A DNA stretch of 64,000 nucleotides from the NCBI RefSeq assembly GCF_032444005.1, contig NC_091287.1, forward strand, positions 36,580,001 through 36,644,000. Direction: 5' to 3'. Shown here one piece after another: positions 1 through 13,404 of this stretch. The stretch is from Ranitomeya imitator (Eukaryota). Every line of letters starts with the position of its first letter. The stretch's first letter is position 1. The notes beneath the pieces are model-generated. The model did not search any database, was not told the DNA's origin, and saw nothing but the letters and a program-made list of their open reading frames with translations. The position numbers and the translations under genes were made by a program.

Positions 1-735
1 CAATATACTACGTGGCTGGGCAATATACTACGTGGCTGGGCAATATACTACGTGGCTGGGCAATATACTACGTGGCTGGGCAATATACTACGTGGCTGGG
101 CAATATACTACGTGGCTGGGCAATATACTACGTGGCTGGGCAATATACTACGTGGCTGGGCAATATACTACGTGGCTGGGCAATATACTACGTGGCTGGG
201 CAATATACTACGTGGCTGGGCAATATACTACGTGGCTGGGCAATATACTACGTGGCTGGGCAATATACTACGTGGCTGGGCAATATACTACGTGGCTGGG
301 CAATATACTACGTGGCTGGGCAATATACTACGTGGCTGGGCAATCTACTACGTGGCTGGGCAATCTACTACGTGGCTGGGCAATCTACTACGTGGCTGGG
401 CAATCTACTACGTGGCTGGGCAATATACTACGTGGCTGGGCAATATACTACGTGGCTGGGCAATATACTACGTGGCTGGGCAACATACTACGTGGCTGGG
501 CAATATACTACGTGGCTGGGCAATATACTACGTGGCTGGGCAATATACTACGTGGCTGGGCAATATACTACGTGGCTGGGCAATCTACTACGTGGCTGGG
601 CAATCTACTACGTGGCTGGGCAATCTACTACGTGGCTGGGCAATATACTACGTCGCTGGGCAATATACTACGTGGCTGGGCAATATACTACGTGGCTGGA
701 CAATATACTACGTGGCTGGGCAATATACTACGTGG
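1..735 (+). repeat. 20-bp minisatellite (CAATATACTACGTGGCTGGG)n inside Helitron A
   Basis: About 36 near-identical head-to-tail units with no spacers; explains ORFs 12..862. Confidence 0.98.
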
Positions 736-785
736 ACATGCATATTCTAGAATACCCGATGCGTTAGAATCGGGCCACCATCTAG
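1..785 (+). mobile_element. Non-autonomous Helitron A, 3' part (5' part upstream of window), in NMT2 intron 1
   Basis: Ends with hairpin CCCGAT-GCGTTAGA-ATCGGG, then CCACCATCTAG|T (CTAG 782-785 followed by T), the canonical Helitron 3' end. The same terminus occurs reverse-complemented at 17909. Confidence 0.85.
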
Positions 786-1458
786 TATTCATTAGATGGT
801 GGGACAACAGGCCTACTTGTAAGAGCGTTTTACATTATGGCTGGACATATTTCAGAAGCTAAGTACAACTGTTTAACCTGATATAGGGCTTAAATTTTGC
901 TTTAAGAGACTGACGTCGACATTTAAGTGTCACACTCCTTGTGTGTTCTGGCATCCGTTGTCTCATCATTTGCTGTATTGCAATCGCCGTGTGCCGATGT
1001 ATTTTCAAGGCAGCTGGGGAACTATTGAATGTTCTTGTCTCCACTTTCTTGGTTCACCTATTTTTCTTATTAAGTTTGGCATCGCCATAATCGTACTGAC
1101 CTGAAGAATTCATGTTATACCGCACAATGAACAGTGTAAAATGGAAACCAAAAACACAAAGGCAGAATTCTGTTTTTTTTTTTTTTTACGTTTTTCCATG
1201 CGATAATGAAAATTGTCTCATATAGAAAGGAGTTAAGGGGTGGCTGTGTTTTATTATTTTTTTGACACACCGTAGTGTTGTTTTGATCTGTGGGTTTCCA
1301 TACGGTGTGCCCCTTTTTTCGTACAGCAGAACATGTTCTAAAATTCCGTAAACGGCACTCTCGGGTCTCCGAGGGAAGCTGAGCAAATAAAATAATTTAT
1401 TTTTTTTGACTGCATTGTAAAAATACTTAATTTAATCATCACATTTCTATTGGAATAG

Positions 1459-1594
1459 AAGTCCGTCCGGGGATCTCGGGGCTAAAAAGAAGAAGAAAAA
1501 ACAAAAGCGAAAAAAGGAAAAACCAAATTCTGGGGGCACCAAGTCCGACTCTGCATCCGATTCTCAAGAAATTCGGACACAACAGCCTTCAAAG
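1459..1594 (+). CDS. NMT2: N-myristoyltransferase 2, exon 2
   Basis: AG/GT bounded, 136 nt; encodes SPSGDLGAKKKKKKQKRKKEKPNSGGTKSDSASDSQEIRTQQPSK, matching the NMT2 poly-Lys N-terminal region. Confidence 0.95.
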
Positions 1595-2734
1595 GTAAGT
1601 AGCTCTCTTGTTAATTCCAAGGAGCAAAACCTTGTGGGGACCATTTACATTTACATAGGGGTGTAGATGTTCTCCTCTCGCAACCACATACGTTTCCTCC
1701 AGATACTGAACTTTTAACCACCACCGCAAAAGTTTGTAAACTGACGGGAATGTTTCTGATCTCCTTTCATCTGATTTATGACTTCATCAAAGTTCAGGTC
1801 AACTTTCATGTGGTCTTTAGTCATAAATAAGCACAGAGGAGTTCACAAAAAAAGATAGATAAAAGGGGAAACAAACTCTCCACCAGAAAAGGGCTCACTG
1901 ATTTGTTCACAGTTCACTCATTCTGCAGCCTAAGAGGAATGGGTCTTGTCTTTGAAGAGAAGACATAAGCCGTTTTTAAACATTTTTTTTTTTTTTTATT
2001 TAATTTATTTGTGTTTATTTTTTTGCAACCCCTATAATTGCTGCGTAGTGGATAATTGCACTGGCAGCGTCGCTGCCTCCATGGAACATATGATCTCTTG
2101 GTGCCTCCCAGGAATCGCTCTGCCAGTGATGAATAGCAATCAAAGGATGTGTTGATGTGTTTTTTTCCCCTGTAATTGGGACTAATATGGATGTCCCAGT
2201 AACAGTGGAAGACTGCAAAAAAAATAATTAAAAAAATAAAACGTAAATGACTTTCAGAGATCTTTTATGACGTTACTAGGGGGAGGAATCTTAAACCTTA
2301 TGTAAAAAAAAAAGAAGATTTTTCTAAAAAATCTATTAAAAAACAAAAAAAAGTATTTTGGTATTATCGAAAAGTGGAGGTCTGGCGATTGTTGGATTTT
2401 TTTTTTTTTTTTACTTTTCCCTATGATCTACTGATGTAATTTTTGACTTGAATATTAATTTTAGTATAAATGGCATAAATATCTCATCCAGAGCCGTCCT
2501 CCTCCCCGGACATTAACCAGCGCAGATGCTTCCAAATGTGAATGTGTTAGCCTGAAAGAGGGCTGTCCGTGTCATGGAGTGATGGCATATATTTAGGGTG
2601 ATTGCTGGGGGCGCAACTTGTGGGACATCCACTGATCCGTTAGTGAAGTGTTCCCTTCTATTATTTGTCCTGCACTTATGCATTCCCAATAGACTGCACC
2701 GCCCCATCTTCCCCAGTAGTCGCAGCAGTGACAC

Positions 2735-5020
2735 ATGCACACTTCCCGGTGGTCACAGCGGTGCCTCCCTTACAGACACACTTCCCGGTGGTCACAGCAG
2801 TGCCTTCCTTACAGACACCCTTCCCCGGTGGTCACAGCAGTGCCTCCCTTACAGACACACTTCCCGGTGGTCACAGCGGTGCCTCCCTTACAGACACACT
2901 TCCCGGTGGTCACAGCAGTGCCTCCCTTACAGACACACTTCCCGGTGGTCACAGCAGTGCCTCCCTTACAGACACACTTCCCGGTGGTCACAGCAGTGCC
3001 TCCCTTACAGACACACTTCCCGGTGGTCACAGCGGTGCCTCCCTTACAGACACACTTCCCGGTGGTCACAGCAGTGCCTCCCTTACAGACACACTTCCCC
3101 GATGGTCACAACAGTGCCTCCCTTACAGACACCCTTCCCCGGTGGTCACAGCGGTGCCTCCGTTACAGACACACTTCCCCGATGGTCACAGCAGTGCCTC
3201 CCTTACAGACACCCTTCCCCGGTGGTCACAGCAGTGCCTCCCTTACAGACACACTTCCCGGTGGTCACAGCAGTGCCTTCCTTATAGACACACTTCCCGG
3301 TGGTCACAGCAGTGCTTCCCTTACAGACACACTTCCCCGGTGGTCACAGCAGTGCCTCCCTTACAGACACACTTCCCGGTGGTCACAGCAGTGCCTTCCT
3401 TATAGACACACTTCCCGGTGGTCACAGCAGTGCTTCCCTTACAGATACACTTCCCCGGTGGTCACAGCAGTGCCTCCCTTACAGACACACTTCCCGGTGG
3501 TCACAGCAGTGCCTCCCTTACAGACACACTTCCCGGTGGTCACAGCAGTGCCTTCCTTACAGACACACTTCCCGGAGGCCACAGCAGTGCCTCCCTTACA
3601 GACACACTTCCCGGAGGCCACAGCAGTGCCTCCCTTACAGACACACTTCCCGGTGGTCACAGCAGTGCCTTCCTTACAGACACACTTCCCGGTGGTCACA
3701 GCAGTGCTTCCCTTACAGACACACTTCCCCGATGGTCACAGCAGTGCCTCCCTTACAGACACACTTCCCGGTGGTCACAGCGGTGCCTCCCTTACAGACA
3801 CACTTCCCCGATGGTCACAACGGTGCCTCCCTTACAGACACCCTTCCCCGGTGGTCACAGCAGTGCCTCCCTTACAGACACACTTCCCGGTAGTCACAGT
3901 AGTGCCTCCCTTACAGACACACTTCCCAGTAGCAACAGTAGTGCCTCCCTTACAAACACACTTCCCCGATGGTCACAGCAGTGCCTCCCTTACAAACACA
4001 CTTCCCCGATGATCACAGCAGTGCCTCCCTTACAAACACACTTCCCGGTGGTCACAGCAGTGCCTCACACAGTCACACTTCCCGGTGATCACAGTAGTGC
4101 CTCCCTTACAGATACACTTCCCCGGTGGCCACAGCAGTGCCTCCGATACAGACACACTTCCCCAGTGGTCACAGCAGTGCCTCTGATACAGACACACTTC
4201 CCCAGTGGTCACAGCAGTGCCTCCCTTACAAACACACTTCCCGGTGATCACAGTAGTGCCTCCCTTACAGATACACTTCCCCGGTGGCCACAGCAGTGCC
4301 TCCGATACAGACTCACTTCCCCAGTGGTCACAGCAGTGCCTCTGATACAGACACACTTCCCCAGTGGTCACAGCAGTGCCTCTGATACAGACACACTTCC
4401 CCAGTGGTCACAGCAGTGCCTCCGATACTGCACACTTCCCCAGTGGTCACAGCAGTGCCTCTGATACAGACACACTTCCCCAGTGGTCACAGCAGTGCCT
4501 CTGATACTGCACACTTCCCCAGTGCTCACAGCAGTGCCTCCGATACAGACACTTCCCCAGTGGTCACAGCAGTGCCTCCCTTACAAACACACTTCCCGGT
4601 GATCAAAGTAGTGCCTCACAGATACACTTCCCCGGTGGCCACAGCAGTGCCTCCGATACAGACACACTTCCCCAGTGGTCACAGCAGTGCCTCTGATACA
4701 GACACACTTCCCCAGTGGTCACAGCAGTGCCTCTGATACAGACACACTTCCCCAGTGGTCACAGCAGTGCCTCCGATACTGCACACTTCCCCAGTGGTCA
4801 CAGCAGTGCCTCTGATACAGACACACTTCCCCAGTGGTCACAGCAGTGCCTCCGATACTGCACACTTCCCCATTGGTCACAGCAGTGCCTCTGATACAGA
4901 CACACTTCCCCAGTGGTCACAGCAGTGCCTCCGATACTGCACACTTCCCCAGTGCTCACAGCAGTGCCTCCGATACTGCACACTTCCCCAGTGCTCACAG
5001 CAGTGCCCCTGATACAGACG
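2735..5020. repeat. 39(-40)-bp minisatellite CACTTCCCGGTGGTCACAGCAGTGCCTCCCTTACAGACA in NMT2 intron 2
   Basis: About 2.3 kb tandem array; 13-aa periodicity (VVTAVPPLQTHFP) in the ORF track; variant units change along the array. Confidence 0.97.
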
Positions 5021-6209
5021 TCTTCTCTTCCACTAGTGTCCCCATCCCCTATATCATCAGGCGATCACAAGACTCAGCTTGCCCCCCATATTCACACTAG
5101 TGACATGGTGATTGCTTATGGAGCGAATGGTCACTCCATTGAGCGCTACCTTATGTCTGTGGTCAGGGCAGTGACGGATTGCACCTCTCTGCCATCTTTT
5201 CACCATGTAGCAGCATAGATAAACCCATGTGAGTATAATATAAGTAAGAAAAGCAGAATATCTGGAGCTATTTTCCACTTGTTACTGACTGTACAAATAA
5301 TGCTCCAGGGTGTGAAATAAACAAAAAGCCCGACATCTCTGTATTTATATTTCCTATGCGCCGATCCACTGACAGACAGAAATGCGTTGTGTACCTTTGC
5401 TGTGAATAATTTATTTCCATTGGTTTCTAGCAGCAGCTGCGTTACACGGGGTCACGGGGGACAAGTTAGGTAAACAGATTATTTGTATAGAGAACACTGG
5501 GGCGTGCTTCATCCAGGCCGGGGTCGAGTATCTGACATTTAGGCATTTGTTAGTATGGGACATTAATATTTGATGTTGCAGCTTCATTGTATTTCAGTGC
5601 TTCATGTATTTACGTCTGCATGATTATAGAATATCAGTAGCTGATTGTGTCCCCCCTGCAGAGGCCTGTGCAGCTCACTGGTGCCCACCCTGTATTGGGG
5701 GGTGGTAATCTGCAGTATTCCTTTTTAGGCAGCCGTGGGGTCTCCCGTGGGTTACTGTAGGCAGAGTATGGTGGTCAGTGAAGGAGGAAGCTGTTATTAG
5801 GCGGCAGCCACACTGCTGTATAATGTGCATTAGAGGAATATGGGGGTCGTATGTAAGTACGGGGTACAGACCAAAAGACACTCCGCAAATTGTCAGAATC
5901 AAAATTTTAGAGTTGAGCAAAAACATGTACCGTATCCTGGTACAGCGGCCATGTAAGTAGACCTTGAGCACCAGACTAGAGGCCTGCAAACATCCTCTTA
6001 CCTGACGGCACCTTCTACTCCTTTTCTGATTAGCAGGCCCGCTGTGAAGGCATGCATGTGTTGGAACAGGCTTACTAATCAGAAGAGGCGCTGGGAATGC
6101 TGGATAGTAGGAGGAGGCTTCTAGGTCTTTGGTCTCGTGGCCATAGAATACCAATAGTGAAAATCTTCTACAACTCTGGAAACAGTTGCTGCATGTTACT
6201 GGACTGCAT

Positions 6210-8165
6210 TTCATTCTCTGACATCACTTCCTGCTTTGCAGTTATTGGCTGAAGCTGCAATTCCTTCTCTGACATCACTTCCTGCCTTGCAGTTATTGGC
6301 TGAAGTTACACGTCCCTCAGACATCACTTCCTGCTTTGCAGTTATTGGCTGAAGCTGCACGTCCCTTACTGACATCACTTCCTGCTTTGCAGTTATTGGC
6401 TGAAGCTGCACTTCCTTCATTTACATCACTTCCTGCTTTGCAGTTATTGGCTGAAGCTACACTTCCCTCACTGACATCACTTTCTGCCTTGCAGTTATTG
6501 GCTGAAGCTACACTTCCCTCACTGACATCACTTCCTGCCTTGCAGTCATTGGCTGAAGCTGCACTTCCTTCATTGACATCACTTCCTGTTTTTCAGTAAT
6601 TGGTTGAAGCTGCACTTCCCTCACTGACCTCACTTCCTGCCTTGCAGTTATTGGCTGAAGTTACACTTCCCTCACTGACCTCACTTCCTGCCTTGCAGTT
6701 ATTGGCTGAAGCTGCACTTCCCTCACTGTCCTCACTTCTTGCCTTGCAGTTATTGGCTGAAGCTGCACCTCCCTCACTGTCCTCACTTCCTGCCTTGCAG
6801 TCATTGGCTGAAGCTACACTTCCCTCACTGACATCACTTCCTGCCTTGCAGTTATTGGCTGAAGCTGCACCTCCCTCACTGTCCTCACTTCCTGCCTTGC
6901 AGTTATTGGCTGAAGCTGCACTTCCCTCACTGTCCTCACTTCCTGCCTTGCAGTCATTGGCTGAAGCTACACTTCCCTCACTGACATCACTTCCTGCCTT
7001 GCAGTTATTGGCTGAAGCTGCACCTCCCTCACTATCCTCACTTCCTGCCTTGCAGTCATTGGCTGAAGCTGCACTTCCTTCATTGACATCACTTCCTGTT
7101 TTTCAGTAATTAGTTGAAGCTGCTCTTCCTTCACTGACCTCACTTCCTGCCTTGCAGTTATTGGCTGAAGCTGCACCTCCCTCACTGTCCTCACTTCCTG
7201 CCTTGCAGTTATTGGCTGAAGCTGCACTTCCCTCACTGTCCTCACTTCCTGCCTTGCAGTCATTGGCTGAAGCTACACTTCCCTCACTGACATCACTTCC
7301 TGCCTTGCAGTTATTGGCTGAAGCTGCACCTCCCTCACTATCCTCACTTCCTGCCTTGCAGTCATTGGCTGAAGCTGCACTTCCTTCATTGACATCACTT
7401 CCTGTTTTTCAGTAATTGGTTGAAGCTGCTCTTCCTTCACTGACCTCACTTCCTGCCTTGCAGTTATTGGCTGAAGTTACACTTCCCTCACTGACCTCAC
7501 TTCCTGCCTTGCAGTTATTGGCTGAAGCTGCACTTCCCTCACTGACATCACTTCCTGCTTTGCAGTTATTGGCTGAAGCTGCACTTCCCTCACTGTCCTC
7601 ACTTCTTGCCTTGCAGTTATTGGCTGAAGCTGCACTTCCCTCACTGACATCACTTCCTGCTTTGCAGTTATTGGCTGAAGCTGCACTTCCCTCACTGACC
7701 TCACTTCCTGCCTTGCAGTTATTGGCTGAAGCTGCACTTCCCTCACTGTCCTCACTTCTTGCCTTGCAGTTATTGGCTGAAGCTGCACTTCCCTCATTGA
7801 CATCACTTCCTGCTTTGCAGTTATTGGCTGAAGCTGCACTTCCCTCACTGACCTCACTTCCTGCCTTGCAGTTATTGGCTGAAGCTGCACTTCCCTCACT
7901 GTCCTCACTTCTTGCCTTGCAGTTATTGGCTGAAGCTGCACTTCCCTCACTGACATCACTTCCTGCCTTGCAGTCATTGGCTGAAGCTACACTTCCCTCA
8001 CTGTCCTCACTTCTTGCCTTGCAGTTATTGGCTGAAGCTGCACTTCCCTCACTGACATCACTTCCTGCTTTGCAGTTATTGGCTGAAGCTGCACTTCCCT
8101 CACTGACATCACTTCCTGCCTTGCAGTTATTGGCTGAAGCTGCACTTCCCTCACTGACATCACTT
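6210..8165. repeat. 51-bp minisatellite CTGACATCACTTCCTGCCTTGCAGTTATTGGCTGAAGCTGCACTTCCCTCA in NMT2 intron 2
   Basis: About 38 units; 17-aa periodicity (LPSLTSLPALQLLAEAA). Confidence 0.97.
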
Positions 8166-9389
8166 TGTGCTCTACATGCCCCCTGTACATAATAGTGCCA
8201 ATGTTAAGAACTTCATTAAAGTCACAGTATTTTTGCCTAATTTTCTTCATTTTGGTTAAAGCACTGGTGCGGGTGCTGGTACTTGTTACAGAAAGATAGG
8301 GAGGGGGGATGAGGTTCCTGTTACAGAAGGCTGCTTCCCAGCCAGAGATCATTTTTCTAAAGTCTGTGAGAAATGGGGATGTCTCTTGATGAAAAATATA
8401 TAATTATTATTTTTTTTTTTTGCAATTATTTCAAGATGGGACAGGACAGAATCAAAGAAGAGGAGGATATCATGGTGAGTTTTGTTGTTTTTTATATATT
8501 TTGTTAATAAACTAAATAACTCCTCTTATGTTCGATTTTTGCCAAATTTTCCCGCTGCTGATATAATAAAGGGGTTATTAAAAATGTTCATCACATATGA
8601 ACAGACTAGGTGATAAATCACCAAGGCTCAGCCAGTGGAAACCCCACTGATTTCGAGAACCATGGTCCAAAAGTCTACCGTGTGAATTGAGTAGTCGTGC
8701 ACATGTGAGCCCCCTGCATTCATTGTCTATGAGAGTGGTGGTTACGCATGCGCTATTGCTGCTACAGACCCATAGATGTAGTTAGGATGGCCACCAAATA
8801 TTTGAATGGGTGTTTTTAGAACAATCCCTTTAATTCCATCCAATGAATCGGGGGCATAGGCAAAATTCACTACTGCAACCACTTTCTCCAAATAATAATA
8901 ATGTCACCAGTTCAAAAGTGACCAGTTTTTGTTCTCATTTCATTCCTGCAGTTCTCCTAAGTTTTCCTTTCTGTGATTTATTTATTTCCCCTCCTTCCCC
9001 CGCCCCCCAAATATATGGGCCTTTTTATTTAGTGCTCATTTTTATGGCTTTTACCAAGGGAATATTACTCACAGGTTCCTTGGGGGCGTGTGTTTAAGCT
9101 CCTCTATTCTGAGAGCACCGCCCCCTTAGGGAAAAAAATAGGCGCTTAATAAAATGCCCATATCTCTGGAACTGTATGGCATATTTAAAAAAAATTAAAA
9201 AACAGAATACTCGGGAGCAGCCGAAATAAAGTAAGAGCAAACAATATAGCGTCTAGCTCTACAAATTAAATTGACAGCCCTGAACCCCACCAACGATTGC
9301 TTGCATCATAGTGTCACATTAGTGCCGTATGTATCAGGTGTACTATTACTGTGCATATCTGTTCATCCGCATTCCCTGCTTTATCGCAG

Positions 9390-9534
9390 AACCCCGCTAT
9401 TCCAATGCAAAAGCTGCAGGACATTCAGAGAGCCATGGAGCTACTTTCCGCCTGCCAGGGACCAGCGAAGAACCTTGACGAGGCAAGCAAACGTAAATAC
9501 CAGTTTTGGGATACACAGCCGGTACCGAAACTTA
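9390..9534 (+). CDS. NMT2: NMT2 exon 3
   Basis: CAG/GTAAGT, 145 nt; [48 protein letters not shown]. Confidence 0.97.
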
Positions 9535-10573
9535 GTAAGTTGTCACCAGGGGACTCCCTATTCATCCAGTGCTTGTCATTGTGTGTTTTACATACATTCA
9601 CGTGTGATATTGAAGGACCATTATATAGATGAGATCTATTTAAAAAAAAAAAAGTACCTGTAGTTGTATGACATCTCCGGAAATATTGTCTTCCTTTTTT
9701 CATTTGGCATTGGAAATTTGCATAGTGAGTACGGAGATTTGGGGACAATCGCAAGCGCTCCTCTTTGCACTCTATGGGGCTTATGTATCAAGCAAAATGT
9801 ACAAAAAATCTGGAGTAATTTGCATAGAAAACCTGTTTTTCATTACTTACACCATATTTATTATGTGCTTTAGACACTTTCTGTATCTTGTCTGACAAGG
9901 GGCATGGATTACTGAGAAGGTCCGTGACCAGACATGTAACACTGATGTAAATTTCTGGCACAAACATAGCCAACAAATAGGTGGTAAAATACTCCAGATT
10001 TATCAAAATGCAGGAGCAACTATGATAAACCTGACTGTCTAGTCTAAGTTTATGCTGTTTTAAGAATTTGACAGAATTGATAAATATGCTCCTAGGTGTC
10101 CGGAGGATTCTTGGATTACTCTTTAGCCAAAAGTACAATATGTTGTCTGGATTCCATGCTGTACATTGCAAAGAGTAAAATTGGTTTGGTAAAATTTCAC
10201 CTTGCTAGTACTCTAATGATGTACGAAATTACAACTGGTAGGAAATGTTTGGTTTATCCACCACGTAGGAAAACTTAACCCGAGACTGCAAAATCAGACT
10301 ACATTGGTGTTGTTTGTAGTCTGTTACCATGGCGATGCCTTGTCCTGGATTCTAAATGTAAACACAAATGTTGTGGTGTTCCTATTTGTTGACACAGGTG
10401 GATAAGTTTGGGTTTAGAACAGAACGTAAGTTTTACGGTGGAATTTATATCCTTTACTAAAATATACTTCACACCACTGAGAACGTTTGCCATAGGATGG
10501 AGTTGAGGATAGAATCATTTTACATTGTGGATCTGCATATTTTGTTCTCTAATTCCCGCACTTTTCATTTTAG

Positions 10574-10692
10574 ACGAAATTGTAACTTGTCACGGTCCGA
10601 TCGAACCCGACAAGGACAACATACGCCAGGAGCCATACTCTCTGCCTCAGGGTTTCATGTGGGACACGTTAGACCTGAGCAACGCTGAGGTG
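10574..10692 (+). CDS. NMT2: NMT2 exon 4
   Basis: TAG/GTAAGT, 119 nt; [39 protein letters not shown]. Confidence 0.97.
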
Positions 10693-11024
10693 GTAAGTCA
10701 CCGACTCGCATTGATTGATGTAGCTGTGCCCCTTTTATCACATGTAGCATATTTAGGAGTACAGAGGGGTTGTCCAGTACTTGGATATCCTTAGGGTAGG
10801 TCATCAGTATCAGATTGGTGAGGGTCTTACATAGGACGCCAGACGGCCGCTAAAATGGTCTCAAAAATATTGTCAGGCTCCTAAGTTCTTAGAATTTGGA
10901 ACCTTTTTGCTGTCTGCAACCACCGGTTCCAGATTTTCACCATGTATTATGTTTAGGAAAGCCGGTTATTCCTTATTATTATCATTGATTCAACATATAT
11001 GTCCGGGCTTGGTAGTAACGGTGA

Positions 11025-11147
<123 letters not shown>

Positions 11148-12232
11148 TGAGTAGCCTGGGTTTCTATGAGATTTAGGTTCTCTTTCGCAGATTAATTTGT
11201 TTTTTCCCTGAAAATGGTGTTGTATACAGCACTGGTTATCCCCTCAAATGGATGGATACCCTGGCAGATGTCGCTGAGCCCCCAGTGTAAGTCATTGGGG
11301 TCTGTTTGGCACCTCCTGGTGTCCATCATGTTACGTACCTATCATACCTTTTTGGCTTTGAAGAGCAGGCTCTGTCTGATATCCCCCTATTTGTAGAATT
11401 AAAGGAGACTGAACATGAAGAAAGTGAGTAATGACCCTTTAAATGTCAATGAAAGGACATTAACCCTCTTGACGACATCCATCGTACTTCTTTGCGGACC
11501 ACATTCTTGGATTGGGCTCAAGAGATGCGTTATACAAGTTAACATTCTGTCAATTTCTAAGTCCATAGTATAAATTGCTTTTATAATTTTGCATTATAAA
11601 CTGCATTTTTTTTACTGCTTTTTATCTGCAGGTGTCAATGCCATAACACACAATAACAATGTGCTCTAATTATTGCATTTTTTAAATCAATTTTCCGTTT
11701 ATTTGCTGCATTTTTGGTTGAGTTGAAGTAGCATCCGGGCTTCATCCAAGATTATCAGTTTTATAATAGACCGCAATACTGTGTTAGTAGAGAGGTGATC
11801 TGAGGTTCACTAGGGGGACTTTATTTAAAAAAAAAAAAAAAAAGAGGAACAAATACACATATTTAAAGTTTGGATCACCTGCCATTTTCCTGAAACATGG
11901 ATAACAAAAAAAAAAGAACAAATTTGGAATATCTGAGTCTATAACTTTCAACTTTCGAAACTAATAAAATATCATATTTATTACTCCTGGTGAATGCCAA
12001 AGTAAAGAAATGATCTAATTTCAGAATCCCTGTATTTTGGTCATTTTGACTCCCCCAAAAATGGAATGAAAAGAGATCAGAAAGTTGTGTGAACACCAAT
12101 AAAAACCAGGATTCGTGCTAAAAGATAAGCCCTCTATAGAGTGAAAAATAAAGACGTTATGGCTCTCAGATTATGGGGACACAAAGCTATAAAGGGAATA
12201 TCCGGGACTTTGGGGAAAACAAAGAATGTGCC

Positions 12233-13392
12233 TGTGAAGATCTGAGGTTGTGAGTTGTAATAAACACACAGGCAGGTTAATAGTGCAACTATTTTTTATT
12301 CCTTACGTCCTTCGTTTTACAGGTAGATGTCCAAAATACAAGTTCCATTGACCCTGTACAAGGCGATGCCCACTGTCTACCAGCTTTTGGTTGACCTACG
12401 GCTTTTGCATCTCCCACCAGTCTGTAGTTACAGTCCATTCTCCTCCAGACTATAGACACCACAACCATAGCACATGTGTCCAGCTGGCAACAACAGTCCT
12501 TAGGATAGGTCCTCAAATCCTGACGACCGATACCATGACCGTAGCACTTATCTCCATCTCCAACAAGTGCACAAGATGGTGCCAATGAATGTCCCACCCT
12601 TCTGCTAGCTAGTTGGGTTTTAGAGCCTCGGTAACTTCAGGGCATCCAGGGCCAACTACCCCAACCAGTAACACCCCGCTTTTGGTCAGCACCCACAGAG
12701 AGTAGGTAGCGGTAACCTGGGTGTCCCATCCTAGATTCTCCAAGCGTGTTTGTGGGTTCAGTGATGGGCAGATCTGTATTCCCCCAGATGGAGCCATGGT
12801 TCCCTTGGGCTTTTTCTGAAGAGACTGCGCAGAGGGAGCCATCAACTTTATACCCACAGCTTCTATTCAGATCATTCTTCCACAGGATTGGGGGAAGGTG
12901 GGGGAGGCAATCCTTTATTGTTCGATTGATCAATTAACTTGAATATTTGTGTTGATTAGTAAACTGCAGGTGGCTGACGTAATACGTAATCAGTAGGTAT
13001 TCATACATTAACATACAACAAGAGTCGACTTATAGGCTCATATGAATCAATGGCTCAATGGAGGCCTCTGAGACACTTACAAGGGTAATGGACTGATTGC
13101 TTTACCTTATTACCGATCTCGTGTCTGGCCTTATGTATACGTAAAATCCAGTCTGCACATCATCCTCTGCTTACTGTCACTGAATGGAAACATCGATTCC
13201 TGAGGCTGAACATTTTCCAGGATAGATTTGTGCACCTTAAACTGAAAAGCAAGGAAATCTCTAGTAAAACACAATACTAGGATCGACACAACCGATGCTC
13301 GGCACTGGAAAAAGTCTGCATCCCTTAGAGCCTTTGACTCCGCTCTATATACATTAGTCCAATAGTCTTTAGATCGTGGCCAGCTCCTCACA
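12233..13392. mobile_element. Probable solo LTR (about 1.16 kb) in NMT2 intron 5
   Basis: Starts TGTGAAGATCTG and ends CAGCTCCTCACA (TG...CA, imperfect terminal inverted repeat); flanked by 5-bp direct repeat GTGCC (12228-12232, 13393-13397); no coding capacity; orientation unresolved. Confidence 0.7.
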
Positions 13393-13404
13393 GTGCCTAA
13401 GCAC

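Noticed and set aside
1-735. CRISPR-like array
   Set aside because: Units are head-to-tail without unique spacers, no cas genes are present, and the context is eukaryotic.
12-8352. Long ORFs such as 12..862, 2598..4464 and 6336..8192 as repeat proteins
   Set aside because: They are by-products of stop-free minisatellite units inside NMT2 introns, open in several frames at once, with no splice or promoter context.
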